Shown here: positions 39,693 through 51,061 of the stretch, in pieces
Numbering within the stretch: the stretch's first letter is position 1
Layout: the number at the start of each line of letters is the position of its first letter
Source: Octopus sinensis
Taxonomy: Eukaryota
Reading direction: 5' to 3'
DNA: 64,000 nt
Assembly: GCF_006345805.1 (NCBI RefSeq)
Contig: NC_042997.1
Coordinates: forward strand, 130,944,001 to 131,008,000
Translations under genes and position numbers: made by a program
The notes under the pieces: generated by a model
Seen by the model: only the letters and a program-made list of their open reading frames with translations
Told to the model about the DNA's origin: nothing
Databases searched by the model: none

Positions 39693-40320
39693 TCACATTT
39701 CACATTACTAGCTCTATTGGACATTGTTTTCAAATGTTTGTATAAAAATGCTTATGATTAGAATATACAGAAGTAGACTAAGAATTGAAGTATGTGTAAC
39801 TGCTAGTACAGTATATTATTCTACTTAAAAACAAACACCACTCCTATTCCATTGGGGAGTGAGTAAGATGAAAAAAGTCATCTGTAAAAGTACTTGTTCT
39901 GACAATTCCTAAGCAAATATCTATGATTACAGGGAATGTTGAATGCAAAAACCACTGAAAAAAACAAAAATGCTTAATGAATCATGTCAAATTAAAAGTT
40001 TATCTTTTCAGTCCCTCTTTCCTTTTCATTTGACTTTTTTCATTTTTTCCTGTTGTAAAATATTGACTAAATCACTACGTCTCAGATAATAAATAGACAT
40101 GGAGAACTAGATTCAACCCATTCAATACAATTATCATTATTATGCAGTTGGCAGAATCATTACAGTCTTTGACAAAATGCTTTGTAATATTTTTTTTCAA
40201 TTTTCTTCATCCGAAGTTCAATACCCAATGGGGTTGACAAAATAAAGTACTGGGATTGATAGTATTTACTAATAAATAATGTAATAATGAACTTTCCCTC
40301 AAATTTGCTGGCCTAGTGTC

Positions 40321-40870
40321 ATCATCATCATCATCATCGTTTAACATCTGCTTTCCATGCTAGCATGGGTTGGACGATTTTGACTGAGGGCTGGTGAACC
40401 AGATGGCTGTGCCAGGCTCCAATCTTGATCTGGCAGAGTTTCTACAGCTGGATGCCCTTTCTAACGCCAACCACTCCGAGAGTGTAGTGGGTGCTTTTAC
40501 GTGCCACTGGCACGGGGGCCAGTCAGGTGGTACTGGCAACGACCTCGCTCGAATCTTTTTACACAGGCCACCGGCACAGGTGCCAGTAAGTGTCTAAACT
40601 AGAAACAATTATAGGGTTACCTAATCACTATCCTTTTTATTGAGACTTAAGCACTGTGGTACAGGTGCCACATAAAAAGCACTGGTGATGATGCCATGCA
40701 AAAAGCACCCTGTGCACTCCGTAACTTGTTGGCGTTAGGAAGGGTATCCAGCTGTAGAAACCAAGCTAGAATAGAATAAGGAATCTGGTGCAGCCCCTAG
40801 CCTTGTCAGCTCCTGTCAAGCTGTCCAACCCATGTCAGCATGTAAAACAGATGTTAAATTATGATGATGA
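40321..40870. mobile_element. Two RTE-family 3' tails in inverted orientation (40321-40590 minus; 40650-40870 plus)
   Basis: (CAT)n at the left end and (GAT)n at the right; the gttggcgttaggaaggg.atccagctgtagaaac block is present on both strands. Confidence 0.8.
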
Positions 40871-41236
40871 AGCTAATTGATGCTGCCACCATCATTATTT
40901 TTTCACTAAGATCCCCACTCTAGCCCCACCATTATTGTGTGATCTGTGAGGTCTTATTCAATAATTTTGCTTCATATTTTTATATATCTCAGCCTCAGTG
41001 CTTTCCCAGCTTGTCAAAAAATTAGTTGAAATATTTGAAGTTTCTATTCAGAATATTTTTCATTAATTTATGCAGATAATATTGAAATGTAATATTTTCC
41101 AGGTCTGGCTCCTGAAAATGCAAAGCAACTAACTGCTGATGAAATGCTGCGACTAAAATTATATTCTGTGATCAAAGGTAGATATCAATTTCTTCGCAAA
41201 GCAAAAACAGGCAAGAAGTTTATTTGAGCAAACAAT

Positions 41237-42580
41237 ATGGAAATGGATTTGAAATTAAAAATATTTAGCTGTGGAATATGTAAAGAGACCTTTTCTTTGA
41301 CTAAAGAACTAAGTGCACACATGAAAATACATTCAAAAGAAATAAAGCCTTTTAAATGTAAAATATGTGGGAAAAGTTTTACAAAGAATTTCCTCTTAAA
41401 AGTTCACACACAAAAACACAATGGAAAGCAGTTTCATTGTAAAGTATGCAATAAAGGATTTTCAGAAAACTATAACTTGAAAAATCATATGCGACTTCAT
41501 ACTGGTGAGAAACCTTTTCATTGCAACGTATGTAACGAAAAGTTTTCAACAAATTACTTTTTTAAAAAGCACATGATATTGCATACTGGAAAAAATCCTT
41601 TCCAATGTAAAATTTGTGATGCAAATTTTTCATCTAATTATCTTCTTAAAAAACATGCCAGAATTCATCCGAGTGAGAAAGTATTTGCTTGTGAAATATG
41701 TGGTAAAGACTTTTTTACAAGTTACTTGTTAAAAAGGCATGTCAGGGCACATACTGGGGAGAAACCATTTCGCTGTGAAATTTGCGACAAACTATTTTCT
41801 ACAGGGTATCTTTTAAAAAGACATCTTTGGGGACACACAGGAGAGAGACATTTTTACTGTGAGATTTGTGGAAAAGATTTTGCTTTTTGTGAATCATTAA
41901 AACGACACTTGAAAACACATTATGATGAGGAACGATACTCCTGTGAGATATGTGGGAATGATTTTGCTACAAATTATTATTTAAAATGCCACTTGCGGAC
42001 ACATTCTGGAGAAAAACCTTTCCACTGTGAAACATGTGGGAAAGATTTCTCATTTGGTCAGTCTTTAGCAAGACACATTCGAATACATACTGGTGAAAGA
42101 CCGTTCCTTTGTTCAACATGTGGTAAAGATTTTTCTCAATATTCTCAACTAACGAAGCATACAAGAACTCATACTGGTGAGAAACCATTCCATTGTGAAA
42201 TATGTGGTAAGGATTATTCTGGAAACTGTGATTTAAGGAATCATATGATGGTTCACACCGGTGAGAAACGGTATAATTGCAGGTTTTGTGGAGAAAAGCT
42301 GTCTACATACTATTACTTGAAAAAACATATTAGATCACACACAGGAGAGAAACCTTTCCGTTGTACAATTTGTGGAGAAACCTTCTCCTCTAATTACTTT
42401 TTGAAGAGACATAGAATGGTACATACTGGAGAGGAAAGCTTTGTCTGCAATGTATGTGGTAAAGAATTTTCATATAATGAATCATTAAGAAGGCACAAGA
42501 AAACTCATAATGGAAAGGAAGCACTTGCTAATAAAGATTCTTGTAAAAGTTTATCTGTGAAAGAGAATATGAAGGTTTGA
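41237..42580 (+). CDS. C2H2 zinc-finger protein, 15 tandem fingers, no effector domain (447 aa)
   Basis: Fifteen CxxC-x12-HxxxH units, many with TGEKPF linkers; intact ORF; in-frame TGA at 41225-41227 upstream of the ATG; splice acceptor at 41102/41103. Confidence 0.95.
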   Translation: MEMDLKLKIFSCGICKETFSLTKELSAHMKIHSKEIKPFKCKICGKSFTKNFLLKVHTQKHNGKQFHCKVCNKGFSENYNLKNHMRLHTGEKPFHCNVCNEKFSTNYFFKKHMILHTGKNPFQCKICDANFSSNYLLKKHARIHPSEKVFACEICGKDFFTSYLLKRHVRAHTGEKPFRCEICDKLFSTGYLLKRHLWGHTGERHFYCEICGKDFAFCESLKRHLKTHYDEERYSCEICGNDFATNYYLKCHLRTHSGEKPFHCETCGKDFSFGQSLARHIRIHTGERPFLCSTCGKDFSQYSQLTKHTRTHTGEKPFHCEICGKDYSGNCDLRNHMMVHTGEKRYNCRFCGEKLSTYYYLKKHIRSHTGEKPFRCTICGETFSSNYFLKRHRMVHTGEESFVCNVCGKEFSYNESLRRHKKTHNGKEALANKDSCKSLSVKENMKV

Positions 42581-43859
42581 AAAGCAATTTTATTTTTTAA
42601 ACAAATACAACTGAAGCAGACAACTACAATTTTGACTTTCAACATCATGATGAAAAGTAAGTGAACTGTAACATGCCAAAGATGTTTTTAGTTTTTGACA
42701 AGAGCCTGATGGAGCCACTTCCTAACAGTGTGATACCTGGAGTCTTCAATGAATTTTGTTTTCACTATCTGTGTTGGACAAAATTTGGTGTTTTCTTACC
42801 TCCAGTAAGACTTTCAATATGCCTTAAGGAATAGCTTTGACTGACTCCAGCAATATACTTGATTAGCTCTTCCAGTGTATGTGTTGTTTAGGAAGAGCCA
42901 GTTCATGGTTTGGCCCTGTGTATTGTTGTTTTAGTTTCTTTGGTCCTTGGAGCTGGCTGGTCACAATCAAGCACCCCATTCCATCTATCAACCTCTCACT
43001 ACCATTCTATATCCAACCACAATAATCACTATATCCAATCCTTCCTGTCCTCCAGAATATCATCCTGCTAGTTGCTCTTCCCTATTCATGTCTCTCCTGC
43101 AGGTATTGACTTGCAATGCTTCTAACAGAACATTAATGACATCAATCTCACCAGTCTCTGAGGGCCTGCAAAGGTCACAGTTTATATTCCTTCCTCTAGA
43201 ATTTAAAAAAAAAAGGCATGCTGGAATATATCTGTTGGGATGTCTGCCAACATTCTAGCATTCTCAGATACTATACATGTGATACACAGGTCAGGTAAAG
43301 GATTAAAAGGATCTGCCCTTCACAATGATTTGGGGGTCACATTCAACATAGTTCTGAAGTGAGGTAATCCAATTTATCTGGATCAATCATTCAATATGTG
43401 GCAACACACCAGAAAAATACGCCAAGGTAATTTCCAAGGTTCAGCTCTCAATCCAGGAAGTCATGCTCAACAGATATGGGTGTTCTCTGAGCAGTGAATA
43501 GATCAACCTTACTTACAATTGATCCACTTGTCCTTACAGCAACTCTGAAAGAAAGATTTCTGCTCATCCAACAGAATTTCACTCTTGAGACTTTCCATGA
43601 ATCTGTATATGAATGCTTCTCTGTAATTGATTAGGGTTTCCTTCCAGAAGGGTTTCTTTCCAGAAGAGTAACCTTGATAAGGTGTCTTAATTTCAGTTGT
43701 GAGAAACCAAGTATTTATGGCGATTTTCCTTTTTTTTCCAACAATTTGAAAAACTTAACATGCAGAAAACTTATATTTTTATTGAAAATTAATTTGTTAC
43801 TTCTTTCTTTCATTTACAGTCAAAATTTGCAAAAATTCTTTCTAACACACAATGATATA

Positions 43860-44075
43860 TTCTTTACTCTCTTTTACTTGTTTCAGTCATTTGACTGTGG
43901 CCATGTTGGAGCACCACCTTTAGTCAAGCAAATCGACCCCAGGACTTATTCTTTGTAAGCCTAGTACTTATTCTATTGGTCTCTTTTGCTGAACCGCTAA
44001 GTTACGGGGATGTAGACACACCAGCATCAGTTGTCAAGCGATGTTGTGGGGATAAACGCAGACACACAAACATAT

Positions 44076-44164
<89 letters not shown>

Positions 44165-44330
44165 CACGACGGGCTTCTTTCAGTTTCCGTCTACAAAATC
44201 CACTCACAAGGCTTTGGTCAGCCTGAGGCTATAGTAGAAGACACTTGCCCATGGTGCCATGCAGTTGGACTGGACCCGGAACCATGTCGTTGGTAAGCAA
44301 GCTACTTACCACACAGCCACTCCTACACCT
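43860..44330 (-). mobile_element. SINE family A, full length, long (TA)n
   Basis: Matches the other copies. Confidence 0.9.
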
Positions 44331-44648
44331 ATGTATATAAAGTAAAAAATGATGACAGAAACCATGTGATTGTATACCTGTAGGGTAAACCATATACAAA
44401 AATATTTCCTACTTTGAACAGCTTAATTCTACGTATACCCACCTTCAGAATATCAATATTTCATCATTTCTGTGTACAGGAAGTAAATTGGAGAGAAAGA
44501 AGCTGACTATGGAAACTGATTCTTTGTAAGCCCTTTTTATCAGTCTCTTTTGCCGAACCACTAAGTTACAGGGATGTAAACACACCAACATCGGTTGTCA
44601 AGTGATGCTGGTGGAACAAACACAAAGACATATAAATATATACCTACA

Positions 44649-45052
44649 TTTTTTTTTTCTAGTTTCAGCTCAGAGCTGCGGCCATGCTGATGCACCGCCG
44701 TTTTGTGCTACACTGTTATTACGACGAACCTTGTCTAATATGTGGTACTTTGTGAAGAATGGAGTTTGATACAGCTACTCTCATTTGCACCTCTTGCCGT
44801 GAGGTAGGTTCATCTGGGACTCTTGACAAGAAGATGTCCAGCTTTGATTTAAAAACTGCTACATCTACTTTGTGCAAGTTCTTCAGACTCTTTGGGAGAA
44901 TATTAAGAAGCTGTGGGCCCTTGAAACCCAGGCTGTTGCAGAAGCTGGTCCTGAAGCGTGATGGCATTGCTGGGATCTTTGGCACTATGCAGTATCGTCC
45001 CGTTCTAGCATTGGTGTAGCTTACAATGCCAAAATTTGGCACAATTCCTTCC
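44649..45052 (-). mobile_element. 3' end of a CR1/Jockey-group LINE with short 3' UTR and A tail
   Basis: EGIVPNFGI...KGPQLLNILPKSLKNL...FKSKLDIFLSRVPDEP...SNSILH, stop at 44719, then ggcggtgcatcagcatggccgcagctctgagctgaaactag(A)n. Confidence 0.8.
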
Positions 45053-46024
45053 ATATATATATATATATATATATAAGCTTTAGTCTTATATTTATATATA
45101 TATATATATGTATATATATACAACACGTATCTTTGAGTTTCCACCTACTATCTCTACTCACAAGGCTTTGGTCAGCCCAAGGCTATAGTAGAAGGCATTT
45201 GTCCAAGCTGCTATGCAGAGGGACTGAACCTGGAATCATGTGGTTGGCAAGCAAGCTTCAACCACATATCCACACTTGTACCAATATGTTGGAAAGTTTT
45301 AGAATTTGTTTTTAGTTTTCTGTTAGATTCCTTGTACTCCTTCTTATGTTGTTCATTAATCATTGAATTAATTTTGAATTTTTTTCACACCATTTTCTGT
45401 TGTGGTTTTGAGCCTCACAGATTATTCTGTTATTGTTTCTCACATTCTGCATACTTCGATTCTTATCAACTTCAAAACAATCTGCCAGGCTTTTATGCTC
45501 TTCAAGGTTGGGGAGCCCACAACATCTTGCTGAAAGGGGATTCTGAAAACATGGACCTCATTTTACTAGTGCTAATTTTGCTAATTTTGGAAAACCTTTC
45601 TCCTAATCTTGAGGGCTTGCAAAGGCCATATAGGCTCAGCCAACTTTCTTCAAACACATTCATTAAAAATAAATAAATAAAAGGTGTTCCAAAAGGATCT
45701 CAGGTATAAAAACCCAACTCCTCACAAACCCTAGATTTAATGTACATAGAAGAAGGGTTACTCTTAAATTATATACATCCAACACTTACTATGTCTAGCT
45801 GCTCTTACAGAAATCATACATACTTCATAATGTTCTCTAGCCACTTCCAAAATAGCAACCAACAACAGACAGAGCCCCTAAAAATAGCAGCTAAATCCCT
45901 CAAATGACTACTAGTAAACTTTAAAAGGAAGGTGATTTTAGATGAAATATGTCTGAAAACAGGATGGAAAGGGTTAATAACCTCTGTGAATCCTATGCAA
46001 CTGGAACTAAGTGTAGTTTGTTAA

Positions 46025-46245
46025 CCCTTTCATTACTGTATATATTTTGAGATGCTCTGTGTTTCTTCCAATTATTTTAAAAATAACAAAGAATTTAGTA
46101 AAATAACTTGGTTATCATTAAGCTAGTGTTAGGAACATAAATTGTGACTAAGATTTGGTGGAAGATTTGAATTCAAAACTTATGAAAACAAGACATTTAT
46201 ACTAAAGAGCCAGAGCCAGTTTCATCCGGGTTGGTAACGAAATGG
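46025..46245. mobile_element. piggyBac-like MITE (same family as 11358-11576, inverted)
   Basis: TTAA|ccctttcattac ... gtaacgaaatgg|TTAA. Confidence 0.8.
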
Positions 46246-46934
46246 TTAAGTAGAGTGCTGGTTGCTCAATATCAATATTTTGTCATTTCTATATATGGAA
46301 AGTAAACTGGAGAGAAACAGACTGGGTATGGATCTGATACTTGTGCACTGGGGATCAGAAACAAGAAAGTGATAGGTATTGTAGATATTATTTTGCAATA
46401 TAATTTTATGTGTTTCCAGAACAGTATTTTAACATTTCTAATTTGTCTTTGTCAGAGAAGGAAAATTATAGACATCAGCTTCTTCAGTGTGTGTGGGTGA
46501 ATAGTAGTAGAATTTAAATGGGGCTGAGCTTGGACAATAAAATTGTTATGAAGAAGTTGGATTAAACTTTAGTAAGTTACATTTTATTGATAAAATCATT
46601 TAGAATACCATGTTTGCCAGTGCAATAAGTCACACAGTTTTTATTTTTAAATGTATTAAAAAATATCCTGGCATCTAATGCAACCATATAATTGATGGGA
46701 GACCAAATGATGTAGACTAGGGAGCCAAGTCTGCTAGTTATAATTATTGTTACTAATAATAAATTAATTGAAAACCGGCCAAAATATCACATTTTGTTAG
46801 CACAAACTTACAAAAAAAGCAGCTTACGGTACACTGGCAGTGATGTGGAGAGGTCACATCATTCCATTATACCTCCTTTCCCAGCAAACATACACCTCAT
46901 ATATATATATATATATTTATTTTTATATATATAT

Positions 46935-47265
46935 TTCCCAACCACATGGTTCCGGATTCAGTCTCACTGTGTGGCATGTTGGGCAAGTGTCTTCTACTAT
47001 AACCGCGAGCCAACCAAAACCTTGTGAGTATATTTAGTAGATGTGTGTGTGTCTGTATGTGTCTTTGTGTCTGTGTTTGTCCTCCACAACTGCTTGACAA
47101 TGAGTTGGTATGTTTATGTTCCCATAACCTAGTGGTTCAGCAAAAGAGGCCAACAATAAATATCAAGTAAAAAAAAAAGTCCTGTGGTCAATTCATTCAA
47201 CTAAAAATTCTTCAAGACAGTGCTCCAGCATGGCCACAGTATGATGACTAAAACAAGTAAAAGAA
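46935..47265 (+). mobile_element. SINE family A, degenerate with internal deletion
   Basis: B-box region, body and tail recognisable. Confidence 0.75.
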
Positions 47266-49488
47266 ATTAATTATCTAAATGAAAATTCTCCTGGATAGAG
47301 GAGAGAAATATTACACTTTCATTTTCCTATCAACGATTTGCAATGAGTGAATGGCAACAAAAACCATCCTGATGGTGATTTGTGGTAACACAAAATGTCA
47401 CAGCCAGAAATAAAAGTTTTACATTTTGTATAGCAATTCTCTTGACCAATAAATAACTATAGAATTGATTTGAAAGAATATAAAATTGAGATACAGTACT
47501 CCCATTCTGTAGTTTATATATGATAAATTTCCAGTATACTGTCACAGCATTTTATTTATATGCAAAGAATCATAGATTTCCCTTACAAAACCACTTGAAA
47601 ATATTCAACAGGTGTATTATGAAACATACTAAATTTGTTTTTTTCTGCAAAATAAACTTGTACAATAGGGGTGTGCCTTATATGCTGGCAAGTTTGGTAT
47701 GTGACAAATTCCAACCATGATCATCACACATAGACCAATGTTGATAATGGCAATGCCAGTGGGTATGTGGTAATTAAGAGAACATTTTAGATGGAAATAA
47801 GTACAATCTATTTTATAATGGAATATTTACCATTAAGAGGGCTAAGAATAAGTTTGTTCCCAGAGTGTTTGATTGTATAGACTCATCTAAACTCTTTCAG
47901 ATATCATGATTATTGTGTTTCTACATTTCTAGATATACTTGTTATGTTGTATTTCTGAGAACTATACTTAAGTTGTTTCATTCTTCTTCAGTGGACCAAA
48001 ATGTCTGAAAGTTCGAGGAGGGGAATAGGAACTGTGAGACTGGTCATCATCATTATCATTTAATGTCCATGTTGTATGTTAGCATGGGTTGGACCATTCA
48101 ACAGGCTCTGACTAGCCTGAGAACTGTGTTAATGTCCAGTGTCTGCTTTAATAAAGTTTCTAGGGTTGGATGCCCTGGTGGTTTTTTTTTTTTTTTTTTT
48201 GTTAGCACCAACACTAGTAAGTCATCAAGTGACTTGCAAAACAAAACTCCTTATCTGAGTGGGGATGCAGTATTGAGGGAGGTCGCTTTCTACCAGATGT
48301 AGAGTGGCTGAAGTAGGGAACAGGAACAGGAGCTGGGTGTCTGTTTAGCTTGAGAAGGACAGGAGCAGGTGTCCAGTTAAGAAGAAATATATTGCTACTT
48401 CAGCAGGGAAGGTAGAAAGATCAGGAGATGAAGTATCGGGCACCACCCTCTTTCACATCACAATTGCATTTATATTAGTGAAGCAATGTAAGTAGAAGTT
48501 TGAATCATGACAATTGTTGAGAATATTTATCCCCAACAAGTTTGGGTTAGTGGAGGTGCATGACCTGGTGGTTAGAGGTATTGCACTTGTGATCTGGGCA
48601 TTACATTGTATTCATTTCACATTGCCCCTCACCACTGTAAATGAGTAACAGTGTGATGGATTGACATCCTGTTCAGAGGGAATCTTGTAATCGCAGTCAC
48701 TTATATGCCAAGGAGTCCTAGAACTCAAGATAGCAATTATTTGTTAAGTTTAGACTCTTGGCTCTAATTTTCAAGCGTTTCTAGCTCAGACTAAAGCCTA
48801 AAGCTTTAACATCCAACCTAAAGCCTTACTTCATGTATCAGTTAGGTGTTCCATAAAAACTTTGGAGTTCTATTAAAAAAATTTTTTAGGAACAAAGAAT
48901 TTGTTCAACTAACTTGTATATGTATATACAAAATCCACATCGTATACAAATATTAATACTTACAGATTCATGAAAATACACATACAAACACCAACATATA
49001 TACTATGCCCTCTTTTACTTCAGTTATTAAATTGATGATCAGTTTTCCTTTTTTAGAGACTTCATATATCCATTACTAACCAGTTCTATTCAAATAATTC
49101 AACTGCTATTTTATATTCTTTTAATAAAAACCTCTATTTTATTAACTCTTTGTTTTGTCATTCATTCCATTCAATGTCACTGCTGCTGTCAACCCCAGAT
49201 TCAATATAAATAGAAGAATTTGTCTTTGTACATAGGTCTGCTTTATCAGGGCCAGCTTTAATTTAAACAACTCCAGATTTGTTCTACATTAAACTGATAG
49301 CTGTGATGATCAAGTTCACTGGTGTTAGATAAACATTGACTAAGTGATTCTTTCACCACTATTTTGGTAAGTATGAAGTCTGTGCTTTACTGAAGCGGTT
49401 GAATATTGTTGAAACATATCCAGAGTTGTCTCCTGTCATTACCGAAAGGATTAAGATAATTTTCCTCATTAAGCCACACGTGACTGTA

Positions 49489-50734
49489 GGTCATAACACC
49501 TGGTCAATACTGAAATGCATTGCTAGTATATACATATAAAAAACAGGCTGTGTGTGGTGCGTATATTCTTTATGGATTCGAAAACTGAGTTGCTGATGTT
49601 GACGAATGAGGTATCAAAAGATTCAGTAATCTTTTGGCTACCAAATGAAATATGTTTTTTTGCACAACTCTTTTTTTTTACTACAAAAATAACCTTAAAA
49701 ATGAGGTTGGGTCACACAATTTTGAGGTCATTTTCAGGCAGTATTTGGATTTGCTTCTAATCTACATTGCCAATTTTAATGTTTACGGTATCAAAAAATG
49801 CAGCAATATACAAGGAGTGTAATGAGTGCGTTTGTGATGCACAAAACCCTATTTGTCAACAGAAAATGACCAAAAAACATGCTTTTTTGGAACAATTATT
49901 GGCACATTTTCTGTCACTAATGGCCTTTGTGCCACAACTAAACTGCCAATGTGAACCTCTTCACTATTCTATGATTACATAATGTCTTTGAAGTATTTTG
50001 ATATCATTTCTTTGCACAAAGCCCTATTTTCCAACAGAAAATTGACTAATGAACATCCATGTTTCTGACAATTGTGATCGCTTCTGGCATTACTACCAAA
50101 AGCAATTTGTCTATGTAGATTTTCTATGTTGCAAATGACTCAGGAATGTCAAACAAGCATTCTCAGCTTTAAATTCAATAAACTTTCTCCAAGGATTAAG
50201 CACAATAAACACCTATGTTCATTCAAGTGTGGTAAAGACGTGAAGCAATGACTTAAACCTTTTGAGCTTTTTTGCCTTTAACATTTTCCTCTTTATTCAA
50301 GTCACTTTATGCAAAGTTGCTTATCGTTATTAGTATATATTCATGCCTATTATTCATTCCATAAGCTGCAGAGTTCATAAGGATTTTGCTACAATCTCTG
50401 TACTTTTCACAGTGGTTGAGCATGTACTATAACACGGGTGGTGCAATGGTAAACAAATGTCTGACCTGATAACCTCAGTGAAAACAACAACAACACCATG
50501 CATCTGTGTGAGAGCAAATTAAGATCACATACACACGTGAATCCACCCATAGTGGATCTCCCTTCATTGGTCAGGATGCATAATGTGTTCATTGATTGGT
50601 ACAATTTCAAATTAAATTTTCCTTATCAGAAATGTACTGCAATACCAGTTGGTCATAGTGTTATTATCAACAACCCAGGCAACGCTGGATTGCACTGTGT
50701 GGTGCGTATGTTCCACTTGAACCTGAAAATTGAG

Positions 50735-50735
<1 letters not shown>
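49489..50735 (+). mobile_element. Probable head-to-tail Helitron-like unit
   Basis: Two homologous junctions (49489-49590 and 50651-50735), each with a cc.gg(t)caa..ctg hairpin relic followed by tgtggtgcgtat.ttc...gaaaa.tgagt; the first includes CTAG|T. Confidence 0.45.
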
Positions 50736-50791
<56 letters not shown>

Positions 50792-50795
<4 letters not shown>

Positions 50796-50965
50796 TAATA
50801 GTTATCACCAAGCTAACATAGCAGTCCAGGAAAATAGGAAGGTTATAATGGACACAGGTTCGTGTGTCACATAGCTAGAACCGATGGCCTCTTGGAGCTA
50901 ATGAACGGCAACATTCGTTCTATTTTCCTGAACTGCCATGTTAGCATGCTGATAACTATTAATAT
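50792..50965. repeat. Foldback element with ~48-bp imperfect inverted arms
   Basis: atattaatagttatca...gctaacat.gcagt.caggaaaatag, with its reverse complement ending at 50965. Confidence 0.75.
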
Positions 50966-51061
50966 CCAGTACTGCTGCCATTGTCTCCTTTAGAGAGACT
51001 TAGAAATATTAATATATATATATAGACTTGGAAGCACTGGAAGAATGGTGGTAGCAGGGAA

